64,000 bases of DNA from Candidatus Gorgyraea atricola (GCA_030765235.1 JAVCCW010000029.1:12939-76938), one strand, 5' to 3'; numbered from the stretch's first letter, positions 1 through 10,278 are shown. Made by a program: numbers and translations. Notes: generated by a model from the sequence alone, not told the origin.

Positions 1-1908
1 TTAACAGTCGCGGCGGATGTCGTAGACGCGGGCGGAGGCAGCATTATTCTGGCGGCGGAAGGCACTACAGCGGGGGATGACTTAACGATCAATGATGTCA
101 TAACAGCCTCTGGTGGTAATGGAAATATAACTCTTTACGCGGGAAATACCATTACTCATAATGGTGTTGCTGTTACGGCCGCGGGTTCAGGAACTGTTAA
201 TTATTACGCTGGCGTGGATTATAATAGCGGCACACCTCAAGCGGGACTTTCTACAGGCTTGAGTGACATAACTATGGCAGCTGCAGCTACAGCGGTTTCC
301 GGCAGTGGAAATATTACAATGACCGCTCCAGGGAGTATCGCGCTTAGCGCGATATCAACGACAGGCAATGCGACGGTAACAGCTGATGATACCACTTATA
401 TCGTTTCCAATTCTATCGGCGCGATCACTGAAAGCGCGGCTGAGGGCACAGCGAATATAACTGCCGCTACAGCGACGCTGCGCGCCGCGACAGGAGTAGG
501 CTCAGCCGATGATATCGAAACAAACATCACTGCTTTAGATGTTTTAAACTCGATTTCCAGCAATATAAACATAACTGAACTGGCTGCCGGCGGGGCATTA
601 GGTATTAATCGGGCAACCCAAAGCGCTCTTGGCGACATAACGATTCAAACACTTGATGGAACACTCACAGTGACAGCGGGGCAAAATGGTGTAAGCTTGA
701 CTACAGGGGCCTTACTTCTTAATGCCGCAGACGCTGGCGCAAGCGGTGATGATAATTTAGCGGTAAACGCGGCAGTTACCTCAACTACAGGCAAGGTAAA
801 TCTGGATGCCAGCAATGACGTAACATTTGGCGCTGCGGGAGACGTGACTACTACCAGCGGTGAGATCGAAGTCGCTGCTACTGACGCGATCACTATGACA
901 GACGGGGCAGTTCTTGATGCGGGAGATGATCAGATTGATATGGACGCGGATGAGGATATTACACTTGGCGGCTTGACAACAGTGCATACCGCGGATGACG
1001 CGATAGCGGTTACATCAGTTTCCGGCGGTATAGTGGATGGCGGCGATACAGATGTTGATATAGTCGCTAATACCGCTTCCGCGACAGTCGATCTGGATGC
1101 CGCGACGGGAATCGGCTCTGCCAATGCCCTTGAGACAACGATCTATAATCTTGAGGCAAACAATACGACATCCGGTGATATAAAGATCAATGAAACAGAC
1201 GCGATCAATCTGGTCGAGGTATTGGACAATATCACGGGCGGGGATATCGAGCTTGAGTCAGGCGGAGATATTACCTCGACGACTGTAACAGCGGGCAACG
1301 GTGTAACGCTTTATGCTAACGGCGGCAATATATATGATACTGCCGGAGGGCTTATAACAGCTGGAGCAAGTTCAAGCTTGAAGGCAACAGGTATTATAGG
1401 TACTGCCCTTGTGCCGTATAATCCCGTAGATGTTGATATAACAGGAGATCTCTGGGTAGGCGCTGGAGAAGAACAAAATGGTATCTCAGTGATCCTCCAG
1501 GGCGCGGTCAGATCACCTACGCATACTGAAAGGGTCGAGATATACAGTGATCCTATTGTTCCTCCCGGGATCGTCATGTTGAATAATCATTTAATGGGAG
1601 GCTCTAATTACGGAAGCGGCAGCGCTAATGGAAGCATATTGAGCGTGGGTTATGGGGCCTTACAACAGAGCGTAAATGATACTGTTGGTTTCTATAACTC
1701 GAAAAATCTTCAGCCATGGGGTTATCAGAATAGTTCACCCTGGATCAACAGCATGATGCCTGTCATAGACAATAATTTCCTGAACGGGCCCATGGTTATC
1801 GTCGATGGTTCACAGGTGGGAGTCATCGTAGTGCCTGAAGCTTTACGTATTCTTCCGCCAAGATTTTCGCCCGATAGTTATTATGTGATCCGAAGCAGTA
1901 AAAAGTAG
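1..1908 (+). CDS. C-terminal part of a giant Gly/Ala/Thr/Asp-rich beta-helical adhesin (filamentous-haemagglutinin-like), 5'-truncated by the window
   Basis: Frame is open from base 1 (TTA ACA GTC GCG...) to TAG at 1906-1908. Repeating GxIxLxA / GNITxTA / ATGIGSAxxLET motifs typical of beta-solenoid adhesins. Confidence 0.75.
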   Translation, partial: LTVAADVVDAGGGSIILAAEGTTAGDDLTINDVITASGGNGNITLYAGNTITHNGVAVTAAGSGTVNYYAGVDYNSGTPQAGLSTGLSDITMAAAATAVSGSGNITMTAPGSIALSAISTTGNATVTADDTTYIVSNSIGAITESAAEGTANITAATATLRAATGVGSADDIETNITALDVLNSISSNINITELAAGGALGINRATQSALGDITIQTLDGTLTVTAGQNGVSLTTGALLLNAADAGASGDDNLAVNAAVTSTTGKVNLDASNDVTFGAAGDVTTTSGEIEVAATDAITMTDGAVLDAGDDQIDMDADEDITLGGLTTVHTADDAIAVTSVSGGIVDGGDTDVDIVANTASATVDLDAATGIGSANALETTIYNLEANNTTSGDIKINETDAINLVEVLDNITGGDIELESGGDITSTTVTAGNGVTLYANGGNIYDTAGGLITAGASSSLKATGIIGTALVPYNPVDVDITGDLWVGAGEEQNGISVILQGAVRSPTHTERVEIYSDPIVPPGIVMLNNHLMGGSNYGSGSANGSILSVGYGALQQSVNDTVGFYNSKNLQPWGYQNSSPWINSMMPVIDNNFLNGPMVIVDGSQVGVIVVPEALRILPPRFSPDSYYVIRSSKK

Positions 1909-1934
1909 GCAGGGTTTCCTTTTTCAGAAAAACC

Positions 1935-1964
1935 TTGACAGAATAGTTGAAACGAATGTATAAT
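1935..1964 (+). promoter_or_regulatory. sigma70-type promoter of the HTH/HD-GYP gene
   Basis: TTGACA 1935-1940, 18-bp spacer, TATAAT 1959-1964. Confidence 0.7.
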
Positions 1965-1975
1965 TTCTACATATT

Positions 1976-2797
1976 GTGAAAAACGGGACAGAAAATAATT
2001 CCAGCCTATATAAAAAGCCGGTCCTTACTACTAAGGAAGCCGCGAAGTTATTGAAGGTCGGCGTCCAAACCATTAAGAATTACATCTACCAGGGAAAAAT
2101 CAAATCTTTTAAGACTCCGGGCGGTCATCACCGCATTCTTCGCTCTGATCTGCCTGCCCAGCTCGAAGAGACTTTTATGGCAGAGCTGAAAAACGGAACA
2201 GAGCAACTCATCAGGACCAATGGCGCTAAAGCAGCCCATGATACTCACGAGAGCTATCTTGTCATTATCAAGGCGCTGGTAAAGGCACTGGAGATGAGAG
2301 AGACACGCGATGACTCGCATCTGGATTTCGCGGCAAAGTGTTCTTTAAAAATGGCTCAGCGCCTGGATCTTCCTGAAGAGGAAAAAAAGAATCTTGAACT
2401 CGCGGCGCTTTTACGTGACATTGGAAAGATCGGAGTGAGTGAACAGATCCTTGGAAAACCGGGAAAACTCACTGAACAGGAATTCATGGTTATAAAGGAA
2501 CACCCGAAGATCGCGGAACGAATAGTGAGTGACATAGAATTTTTAGAAAAGACAAAACCTTTAGTAAGGCATCATCATGAAAGAATGGATGGCAGTGGAT
2601 ATCCTGATGGACTTAGCGGAAAAAATATTCCTTTAGGCGCGCGCATAATCGCGATAACAGGGGTGTATCAGGCATTAATATCTGACCGGCCTTACAGAAA
2701 GGCATACAGCGAAGAAGACGCAAAGGCCATAATAAAGAAAAGTTCTGGATCCCAGTTTGATCCAAAACTGGTTGATCTGTTCTTTGAAGTAACATAA
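1976..2797 (+). CDS. Excisionase/BldC-like (HTH_17) DNA-binding domain fused to a degenerate HD-GYP domain
   Basis: N-terminal LTTKEAAKLLKVGVQTIKNYIYQGKIKSFKTPGGHHRI; C-terminal HHHERMDGSGYPDGL and QFDP. The HD motif reads RD (LLRDIGKIG). Confidence 0.85.
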   Translation: MKNGTENNSSLYKKPVLTTKEAAKLLKVGVQTIKNYIYQGKIKSFKTPGGHHRILRSDLPAQLEETFMAELKNGTEQLIRTNGAKAAHDTHESYLVIIKALVKALEMRETRDDSHLDFAAKCSLKMAQRLDLPEEEKKNLELAALLRDIGKIGVSEQILGKPGKLTEQEFMVIKEHPKIAERIVSDIEFLEKTKPLVRHHHERMDGSGYPDGLSGKNIPLGARIIAITGVYQALISDRPYRKAYSEEDAKAIIKKSSGSQFDPKLVDLFFEVT

Positions 2798-2817
2798 AAG
2801 AGAATTTTTTTTGAACA

Positions 2818-2892
2818 AATACCGTCTAAAACCGATAGTTTCGATAAGAAGCGACATAATTGTGCAAGTAAGTAAATCGTATAAAATCGATA
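2818..2892 (+). promoter_or_regulatory. Phased ~10-bp direct repeats upstream of the fibre-operon promoter (candidate operator)
   Basis: AATACCGTCT AAAACCGATA GTTTCGATAA GAAGCGACAT ... TAAATCGTAT AAAATCGATA; CG cores at 2823, 2833, 2842, 2852, 2878, 2888. Confidence 0.55.
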
Positions 2893-2921
2893 ATGCCCAA
2901 AAAGAAACATTTAAAAAATAG

Positions 2922-2950
2922 TTGACACCCAGAGCAACCAGTGCTAATAT
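2922..2950 (+). promoter_or_regulatory. sigma70 promoter of the Fap-like operon
   Basis: TTGACA 2922-2927, 17-bp spacer, TAATAT 2945-2950 with extended TG at 2942-2943. Confidence 0.75.
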
Positions 2951-3027
2951 CAGAAACACAATACGTAACATTAAACAATTCGGATTTCATGAACCTACTA
3001 TCTAAATATATTTGGACAGTAAACTAT

Positions 3028-3066
3028 AAGGCGAAGATTTCTCTAAAGGAATCTCCGCCTTTTTTA
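3028..3066 (+). terminator. Intrinsic terminator-like hairpin in the 5' leader of the Fap-like operon (possible attenuator)
   Basis: AAGGCGAAGATTTC-TCTAAA-GGAATCTCCGCCTT followed by TTTTA; lies between the promoter (2950) and the start codon (3114). Confidence 0.55.
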
Positions 3067-3113
3067 TTTATAAAAACAGAAAGCGTTTACAAGTGATTCA
3101 AAAGGAGAATACC

Positions 3114-6100
3114 ATGAAGAAATTATTCGCAATTATGCTTACAGTATCAATTAGCTTATTTCAAATAATGCCGGTTCTAGCTGAACCGGTTTTTTTATCT
3201 GATAAGGACATGGATAGTGTAGTGGCAGGCTACATTGAAGAAAACACCCTGACCATGACAGATGATAGCCAGCGCGATTTAAAAGCTCTTAGCAATGTAA
3301 ATGATGTTGACTCAGCAGTAGCAGCGCAGTCAAACGTCACGTTTGGCGGATTTGATGTGGAAAGTTACAACAGCGCCGCAGTAGAAAATAATGATGCGGA
3401 TCCAGGCATAACATTATTAGAAAGTATAGAATCTAATAATTCCCTTAGCCTAACTGATTTTGCGCAGGCTGAACTCCTTGCGCTCAGCAATGTAAACTCT
3501 GTTGACTCTGCAAACGCGGTCCAGTCCAATATCACAGTGTGCTCACAGTTTCCTTTGAGCGAAAATAAAGCAGACGTAGTTAACATAGATGCTGATAGCG
3601 AAGAAGAGATAGACGCCATTAACACCCTTTCACTCTCAGGCAGTGCTCAGACTTCACTGCATGCCCTTAGCAACCTTAACTCAGTAGACTCAGCAGTGGC
3701 AGTACAGTCGAATGCGAATTTCTGCGGAGAGAGCGTAGTAAATTCTAACATCGCTTGTGTAGATAATTTTAATGGTGATGCGGGTGATGTAGATACCTTG
3801 GATGATAACCCGCATTCACTCTCGATCATAGACAATGCACAGGAAAACCTGGCAGCATTCAGTAATGTCAATGCAGTTGACTCAGCTGTGTGCGTACAGC
3901 TCAATACCTCTATTAATATAAGAGAGGACGCCACTAACACAAATGACGGCTATGCCACGAATAACTCCACGCATCAGGCCAACTACATGGATCGCGACAA
4001 TGACCTTTATATAGCTGGCAATGGCCAGGCAGGCACAAGCGGCATTGTAAGCATAAACGCGGTAGACTCCGCGGAACTCGCGCAGGTAAACATTACAGTC
4101 TTCAGCGGCACAATAGGCGTGATGGACACAAACATCGTGCGCATAGTTTTAAATGATGACGGCGTTACATCAGGAACAGACTGGGATACTGACACCAACA
4201 CCATGACGCTCACTGGCAATGCTCAGCAGGGCCTTATAGCGCTCCACAATGAAAACCTCGTGGACTCAGCAGCCACCATAGAAGGAAACTACGGCGCGTT
4301 TGGCTACAATGACTTTAGATTCAACGAGGCCTATCTTATTAATAAAGACAAGGACTCCTATATATACGCGTCAGTCAATAGAATGGATCTTTCAGAAAAT
4401 GCCCAAAAGGATGTCCAGGTCGTAAGTAACCTGAACGCAGTAGACTCTGCGCCTGGCGTACAGACAAACATTACTTATGATGCGCACTGGGCCATTGGCG
4501 AAAACTATGCTGAGGCTACTAATAATGACGGCACATCCAGCTATTGGACTGATACAGATAATTCGCTTACCATGTCTGGCAGCGCACAGGAAGACTTAAC
4601 AGCGCTCACAAGCACAAACTCAGTTGACTCTGCGTCTATGGTGCAGACAAACCTATTTGCCTTAACTGCCAGTATGTCAACCGCTGTGAATGAAGCAACT
4701 ATCCTAAATACAGACGGCAGTGCCAATGGCGACTCCTGGGGCATAACCTATAATGTACTGGATCTCTCAGGAGATTCCCAGAGAGGCCTTGTAGCACAGA
4801 GTAATCTTAATGAAGTAGATTCAGCTACCTTGGTCCAAACCAATATTACTGCTGAAGAGGAGCAGGGTACACTTTCTGTAATAAGCTCCTCAAATACAGC
4901 AGACGTGGATAATCTTGATATAGTAACTGAGGATCAAAATGGCTTGCGTTCCTATAATAAGCTTACCATGACTGATAATACCCAGAGATCTTTACATGCC
5001 TTGAGCAATATAAATAGCGTTGATTCTGCTAGTGCTGTGCAGTCTAATCTAACAGTTAATAGCTCCCTGCCACCTATTGACTCAGAGCTAGTAGGGCTCG
5101 AGCTTACTGGTTATGCGCCTCTAGCGCCTATCCAGACTGAGATAGTAGCGCTTGAACTAGCTGGTTTTACTCCTGGCGATGATATTGAGATCGCCTTTCC
5201 TATGATCACAGGTATTGAGCTAAGTGATTATACAGAAATAGGAGACGACATAACCTCTACTAACATTGCTACAGTAGACAATATTGATGGTACAGCATAC
5301 TGGATGGATGTGCCTGAAGGCGAGATAATGAATCTTTTGAAACTCTCAGGCAATAGCCAGAGGAATCTCAGCGCGCTCTCAAATCTCAACACAGTTGATT
5401 CAGCCAATGCAGTCCAGATCAACATCGTATACGGAAATGGCGCAGGTATCGCGTCAAGCAACACTGCTACAGTAAAGAATGACGATGGCTCTACTAATTT
5501 TATGGGTTCACTAGAAGACGGCGGCGTGAGTGATGACACAAATAGGCTTAGACTTGTAGATAATGTACAGAGAAAACTCGAGGCATTAAGCAATGCCAAT
5601 ACAGTAGATTCAGCTACAGCAGTGCAGGCAAATCTCGCTGTAGGCGTATCAAGCTCTACGCAGACCAATACCGCGGATGTCTTAAATCAGGGTAGAGATA
5701 TCCTGGGAGAAGACATGACAGACCCGAAGAATCGCTTGACCTTAAAAGACAATGCACAGAGAGGACTAACTGCGCTAAGTAACCTTAACTCAGTTGACTC
5801 TGCTAACACAGTCCAGTCCAATATTACTATAAACAATACTGAAGGAGAAGCAGGAGGCATTACAAATGTGAGCGTGAACAAGACATATGCAGCGTTTGAT
5901 ATAGACTGCAGGATATCTCGCGAAAGACGTCATGCACCTGATATTGAACCTTGCGTTGACATCTCTTGCTGCCCTATATGGTATCTTGGAATAGAGTCAG
6001 AGCCTGGCACAAGAAACTATGGTAATGATGCAAAGAATACACTTAAGCTTGAAGGTGAGGCCCAGATGAAACTTACCGCGCTCAGTAACCTCAATGCTGT

Positions 6101-6965
6101 TTCCAGCGCCAGCGCAGTGCAGTCAAATATCACTGCGAATAAGATAGGTACAGTCACAGGCCCGATTGAAAATTTCAGCCTGAACATAGCTTCTGTTGAG
6201 AATATAACTGAAGATGGAGATAATACACTTAAGCTGCAAAACAAGGCCCAGAAAGACCTGTTAGCGCTCAGTAATGCTAATAGCGTTGACTCTGCCAATG
6301 CAGTGCAGTCGAATATCAGTATCAATGGCTCAGAAAATATCAGCATAAACAAGGCTGATGTGTATAATTCCAGCGGGGACAATCTCTGGCCAGAGAAGAA
6401 AACTGATAAGCTCACTATCAAAAACCACGCCCAGGAGGATCTAACTGCGCTCAGTAACCTTAATACAGTCTCATCAGCTAATGCAGTACAGTCTAACATT
6501 ACCGCGAATAATGTTACAGGCAGCGCCCTTAATGTAAGCGTGAACATTGCGCAGGTAAAAAATGCTCGCGGCACAGGTGAAAATAAACTCATACTTAAAA
6601 ACAAGGCGCAAAGAGGACTCACAGCTCTCAGCAACGTAAACTCTGTAGAAAGCGCAAATGCTGTGCAGTCCAACATCAGTGTCACCTCAACTGAGGATGT
6701 AGAAGCATGCGTTTCCAATATCAGCGCGAACTTCGCGAATGTCGAGAATAAAGATGAGGACGAAAATGAAGCGGATAAGCTCAATACCTTGAGCCTATCT
6801 AACCATGCGCAGCAGAATCTCATGGCACTCAGCAACTTAAATACAGTAAGCAGCGCAACAGCTGTGCAGTCCAACGCCGCGGTATCAAACGCTGCAGGTA
6901 TAAATATCAGCATGAACAATGCCCGAGTAGTTAACTCAGGCAGTTTTAACAACATAAGCGATTAA
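3114..6965 (+). CDS. Secreted Fap-like Asn/Gln-ladder repeat protein, 18 repeats (putative major fibre/amyloid subunit)
   Basis: SD AAGGAG at 3102-3107 then ATG 3114; signal peptide MKKLFAIML...PVLA; 18 copies of NxLxLxxxAQxxLxALSNLNxVDSANAVQSNIT, each followed by NxAxVxN; upstream of C39 peptidase and FapF-like genes. Confidence 0.8.
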   Translation: MKKLFAIMLTVSISLFQIMPVLAEPVFLSDKDMDSVVAGYIEENTLTMTDDSQRDLKALSNVNDVDSAVAAQSNVTFGGFDVESYNSAAVENNDADPGITLLESIESNNSLSLTDFAQAELLALSNVNSVDSANAVQSNITVCSQFPLSENKADVVNIDADSEEEIDAINTLSLSGSAQTSLHALSNLNSVDSAVAVQSNANFCGESVVNSNIACVDNFNGDAGDVDTLDDNPHSLSIIDNAQENLAAFSNVNAVDSAVCVQLNTSINIREDATNTNDGYATNNSTHQANYMDRDNDLYIAGNGQAGTSGIVSINAVDSAELAQVNITVFSGTIGVMDTNIVRIVLNDDGVTSGTDWDTDTNTMTLTGNAQQGLIALHNENLVDSAATIEGNYGAFGYNDFRFNEAYLINKDKDSYIYASVNRMDLSENAQKDVQVVSNLNAVDSAPGVQTNITYDAHWAIGENYAEATNNDGTSSYWTDTDNSLTMSGSAQEDLTALTSTNSVDSASMVQTNLFALTASMSTAVNEATILNTDGSANGDSWGITYNVLDLSGDSQRGLVAQSNLNEVDSATLVQTNITAEEEQGTLSVISSSNTADVDNLDIVTEDQNGLRSYNKLTMTDNTQRSLHALSNINSVDSASAVQSNLTVNSSLPPIDSELVGLELTGYAPLAPIQTEIVALELAGFTPGDDIEIAFPMITGIELSDYTEIGDDITSTNIATVDNIDGTAYWMDVPEGEIMNLLKLSGNSQRNLSALSNLNTVDSANAVQINIVYGNGAGIASSNTATVKNDDGSTNFMGSLEDGGVSDDTNRLRLVDNVQRKLEALSNANTVDSATAVQANLAVGVSSSTQTNTADVLNQGRDILGEDMTDPKNRLTLKDNAQRGLTALSNLNSVDSANTVQSNITINNTEGEAGGITNVSVNKTYAAFDIDCRISRERRHAPDIEPCVDISCCPIWYLGIESEPGTRNYGNDAKNTLKLEGEAQMKLTALSNLNAVSSASAVQSNITANKIGTVTGPIENFSLNIASVENITEDGDNTLKLQNKAQKDLLALSNANSVDSANAVQSNISINGSENISINKADVYNSSGDNLWPEKKTDKLTIKNHAQEDLTALSNLNTVSSANAVQSNITANNVTGSALNVSVNIAQVKNARGTGENKLILKNKAQRGLTALSNVNSVESANAVQSNISVTSTEDVEACVSNISANFANVENKDEDENEADKLNTLSLSNHAQQNLMALSNLNTVSSATAVQSNAAVSNAAGINISMNNARVVNSGSFNNISD

Positions 6966-6977
6966 TCGTAGACCCCT

Positions 6978-7028
6978 GTCATTGCGAGGCCCAGCCTTGT
7001 GTCATTGCGAGCGAAGCGAAGCAATCTC
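6978..7028. repeat. Miniature palindromic element (GTCATTGCGAG...GCAATCTC family), partly duplicated
   Basis: GTCATTGCGAG occurs twice, ending GCGAAGCGAAGCAATCTC; a related copy (TGTCATTGCGAG...GCAATGACA) is at 41511-41572. Confidence 0.6.
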
Positions 7029-7152
7029 AATAACAGGACGTAAACTCCCTATACCAGGCCTAAAAAGGTGGCCTTTAACCACCAACATGGGAGAGAGGCC
7101 TTAAAATAGATCGGTGAAACATGGTGAAGTTAAAAACAAGGAGGAGAAAGTA

Positions 7153-10100
7153 ATGAGAAAGTTAGTATCGATTATCGCAGCTTTAAGTATCATTTTCTCA
7201 GGCGCTATTTCTCCAGTATTAGCAGCTGAAGTCCTGACAGACGAAGGCTTGGACTCTATTGTTGCAGGCGACCTTCCAGTCGGCGCTACTTTAGAGAACA
7301 ATACCTTAGATCTAAAAGAACAATCTCAGAGGTTCTTCAAAGGTCTAAGCAATGCAAATACTGTAGATTCAGCAAATGCAGTACAGTCAAACGTTACTAT
7401 GACAGGTGGCGGTCTGGCTGTAAGTATGAACGCAGCTGATGTTGACAACTTGGACGGTTTGAATGATGATTATTATGGCAGAGAGCAGAACAATGATCTG
7501 AAATTAAAAGATGATGCACAGAGCGGTTCATCAGGGTATCCACCAGCTGATGTTGGACAGGATTTCTTCGCAGCTTTGAGCAATCTCAACACTGTTGACT
7601 CTGCTAATGCTATCCAGTCAAACATCACTGCTGGTAATGATGACAAATTCAGCGGCAACAATGCTGATGTATTGAATGATGATGGTACGACTACTTGTCA
7701 CGTAGAGACTAACAATCTGATGATACTCAAAGACCAGGCACAGAATAGGCTTTGGGCACTCAGCAATGTTAACACAGTTGATTCAGCAAATGCTGTCCAG
7801 TCAAACATCACTGTGAATACAGGTGTTACTGGTGATAATGTAGCTGATGCTACAAGTCGTAACTGTGCTATAGTAGAGAATGCAGATGGCACATCAGTTG
7901 CAGAACCACTGCCAGAAACTGAACCTGCAAAACTGGTTAACAACAAGCTGGTCATAGACAATACTGCTCAGGCAGAACTCATGGCACTAAGCAACTTAAA
8001 CACAGTTGATTCTGCTAATGCAGTTCAGTCAAACATCAGTATTCATGGCGCAGATAATAACAATCAAAACCAGGCAGAGGTGCTTAATGAAGATGGTATA
8101 GCACCAACTGGTCAGAAGATTTTGAACAACACCTTAAAGATCAAGGATCAGGCACAGCATGATTTAATTGCACTCTCGAACTTGAATGCAGTTGATTCAG
8201 CAAGTGCTGTTCAGTCTAACATTACCTATGCTCATTGTAAAAACATCAATACTAACAAGGCTGATGTTGAGAACAATGATGGTGGAGTTGGAGTGGGTGT
8301 AGTAGATTCAAGCGGCAACCCAATGGATCCAGTAGTAGATAACAATGACGCACTTTCTCTTGGGACAAATGTCCAGGGTGGCCTTACTGCGCTTAGCAAT
8401 ATCAATTCAGTTGATTCTGCTAATGCAGTTCAGTCAAATATCACTGTTAATGACAGTGATTATGAAGGAACAGCAGGGCCAACAAAGGTGTTGAATATTA
8501 ACAAGAACATAGCTGGTGTTTTAAACACTGATGCTGATCCAGAGACAGATGGTGGAAATAATTCCATACTGCTCGGAGGCTTAGCTCAGAGCGGACTTAT
8601 GGCACTCAGCAATATTAATACCATTGATTCTGCTAACACAGTCCAGTCCAATGTCACTGTAAATAATACAGTTGGCGATGTTGGAGAGATTCACAACATA
8701 AGTAAGAATGAGGCCTTTGCATCATTTGACCTTTACTACCATGGTGGTTGCTGTGGCGGAAATGGTATAGATGATGGCGGATGTGTTGACATTAACTGTC
8801 CACCAATAAGTTGCATAGGTATAATTTCTGAACCTTGCACAAAGAACTATGCAGGTGATGGGAATAATATCCTTACACTTGAGGGTAGTGCACAGATTGG
8901 CTTAATGGCACTAAGTAACCTCACAGCTGTTTCCAGTGCAAGCGTTATACAATCCAACATTACTGCCAATGGTATTGGTAAGGAAGATGATGGATCTGGA
9001 ACAATGGTTGGAAGCGCAAATAATGTCAGAAACTTCAGTGAGAACATAGCTTCTGTTTGGAATTCTAGTGGAACAGGAGACAATACTCTTGAGTTAATGG
9101 ACAATGCACAGCAAGGTCTTTGTGCGCTCAGCAATGTTAACACAGTTGATTCAGCAAATGTTGTTCAGTCAAATATTACTGTAACAGCAGATGATGTGAA
9201 TCTTTGTGCTGAAGTTGGCTGGAATGTGGACTTTGATCGGCTTGTTTTAGGTCTTTGCCCGCAGGGCGACTCATTACTTGCTATTCAGTATCCTGATCTA
9301 GGAGAAATAGGACCAGATCTCTTAGGTGCTCTTAACAATAACATGTTTACATCTGCCACTATCAATGGTTTTGCACCTGATACAGAAAGCTGGATTTTCT
9401 TCAGGAGTTCATTAGGCAATCCGTCATGGGTCAATTGCTTAAAGCATATGTTTAAAGGTAAAGCGCTTTTAAACTACAGCATGAACGCAGCTGATGTCTA
9501 TGATGCAAGCGGTGACTCTCCGGAAGACAGTACAACTGATTTACTTACCATTGAAGTCAGCGCTCAGAAAAATCTAAGCGCATTGAGCAATCTCAACACA
9601 GTTGGTTCTGCAAATGCAGTTCAGTCAAATATAACTGTAAACTGGGTTGGCGGTGAGCTTAACAATGGACTTGTCAGCATCAATGCAAATCTTGCTAAAG
9701 TCCAAAATGCTGCTGGTATTGGAGAAAATAAGATGAAGCTAGCAGGCAGTGCCCAGGAAGAGCTAACAGCATTGAGTAATCTTAACACGGTTGAAAGCGC
9801 AAATGCAGTTCAGTCCAACGTCACACTTACCAGGGCATCAGGCGCAAGCGAAACATGCTTTGGTTGTGAAGGTGCTGCAATGGCATGTACTTTCAATTTG
9901 AATTCTGCTGAGGTTAGAAATTATGATAAGGTTAGAGATGTTGTTCAAGAAACTCCTATAGATGTACCTGATAGGGTTAATTCTTTGAAACTATCTGGTA
10001 TGGCACAGCAAAACCTTATCGCATTAAGTAACCTTAATGCAGTAAATTCAGCAACAGCTGTTCAGTCAAACATAACAGTGAGCAGCGGCATAGGCATGAA

Positions 10101-10155
10101 TGTTAGTGTCAATACCGCATGCGTATCAAACGTAGGTAGAAGTTTTGCAGATTAA
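7153..10155 (+). CDS. Secreted Fap-like Asn/Gln-ladder repeat protein, 12 repeats (paralog of 3114-6965)
   Basis: SD GGAGGAG at about 7140-7146, ATG 7153; signal peptide MRKLVSII...SPVLA; 12 copies of the same AQxxLxALSNxNTVDSANAVQSNIT repeat. Confidence 0.8.
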   Translation: MRKLVSIIAALSIIFSGAISPVLAAEVLTDEGLDSIVAGDLPVGATLENNTLDLKEQSQRFFKGLSNANTVDSANAVQSNVTMTGGGLAVSMNAADVDNLDGLNDDYYGREQNNDLKLKDDAQSGSSGYPPADVGQDFFAALSNLNTVDSANAIQSNITAGNDDKFSGNNADVLNDDGTTTCHVETNNLMILKDQAQNRLWALSNVNTVDSANAVQSNITVNTGVTGDNVADATSRNCAIVENADGTSVAEPLPETEPAKLVNNKLVIDNTAQAELMALSNLNTVDSANAVQSNISIHGADNNNQNQAEVLNEDGIAPTGQKILNNTLKIKDQAQHDLIALSNLNAVDSASAVQSNITYAHCKNINTNKADVENNDGGVGVGVVDSSGNPMDPVVDNNDALSLGTNVQGGLTALSNINSVDSANAVQSNITVNDSDYEGTAGPTKVLNINKNIAGVLNTDADPETDGGNNSILLGGLAQSGLMALSNINTIDSANTVQSNVTVNNTVGDVGEIHNISKNEAFASFDLYYHGGCCGGNGIDDGGCVDINCPPISCIGIISEPCTKNYAGDGNNILTLEGSAQIGLMALSNLTAVSSASVIQSNITANGIGKEDDGSGTMVGSANNVRNFSENIASVWNSSGTGDNTLELMDNAQQGLCALSNVNTVDSANVVQSNITVTADDVNLCAEVGWNVDFDRLVLGLCPQGDSLLAIQYPDLGEIGPDLLGALNNNMFTSATINGFAPDTESWIFFRSSLGNPSWVNCLKHMFKGKALLNYSMNAADVYDASGDSPEDSTTDLLTIEVSAQKNLSALSNLNTVGSANAVQSNITVNWVGGELNNGLVSINANLAKVQNAAGIGENKMKLAGSAQEELTALSNLNTVESANAVQSNVTLTRASGASETCFGCEGAAMACTFNLNSAEVRNYDKVRDVVQETPIDVPDRVNSLKLSGMAQQNLIALSNLNAVNSATAVQSNITVSSGIGMNVSVNTACVSNVGRSFAD

Positions 10156-10177
10156 TTAGCACCTAAAGTAACATTGT

Positions 10178-10203
10178 GTAGGGCAGGTTTAAACCTGCCC
10201 TAC
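10178..10203. repeat. GTAG-type REP palindrome
   Basis: GTAGGGCAGGTTTAAACCTGCCCTAC, perfect palindrome. Confidence 0.9.
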
Positions 10204-10278
10204 ACAAGCACACATAACTTTACATTTGAAGCAAGACCTTAAATGTAAAGTTAAACATTGAAATAGAGGTGAATTGAC

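Noticed and set aside
1976-2797. Prophage or ICE excisionase
   Set aside because: The Xis-like HTH is fused to HD-GYP, and no integrase or att site is evident.
2951-3113. c-di-GMP (GEMM) riboswitch in the fibre-operon leader
   Set aside because: The GGCAAA...GAAA...GACGCAAA-type core is not visible; only a terminator-like hairpin is supported.
3093-3113. ORF-track starts at 3093, 7114, 21894, 24555, 25670, 40853 and 61399
   Set aside because: Downstream ATGs with SD sequences and sensible N-termini (3114, 7153, 21933, 24570, 25697, 40940, 61441) fit better.
7044-7103. Possible structured RNA between the two giant subunit genes (CTCCC/GGGAG enclosing GGTGG/CCACC)
   Set aside because: Stems are only 5 bp and could arise by chance; there is no comparative support.
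3365-9143. Minus-strand ORFs opposite the repeat proteins (e.g. 6017-6955, 312 aa)
   Set aside because: Antisense shadows of the biased repeat codons; no SD, no recognisable domain.
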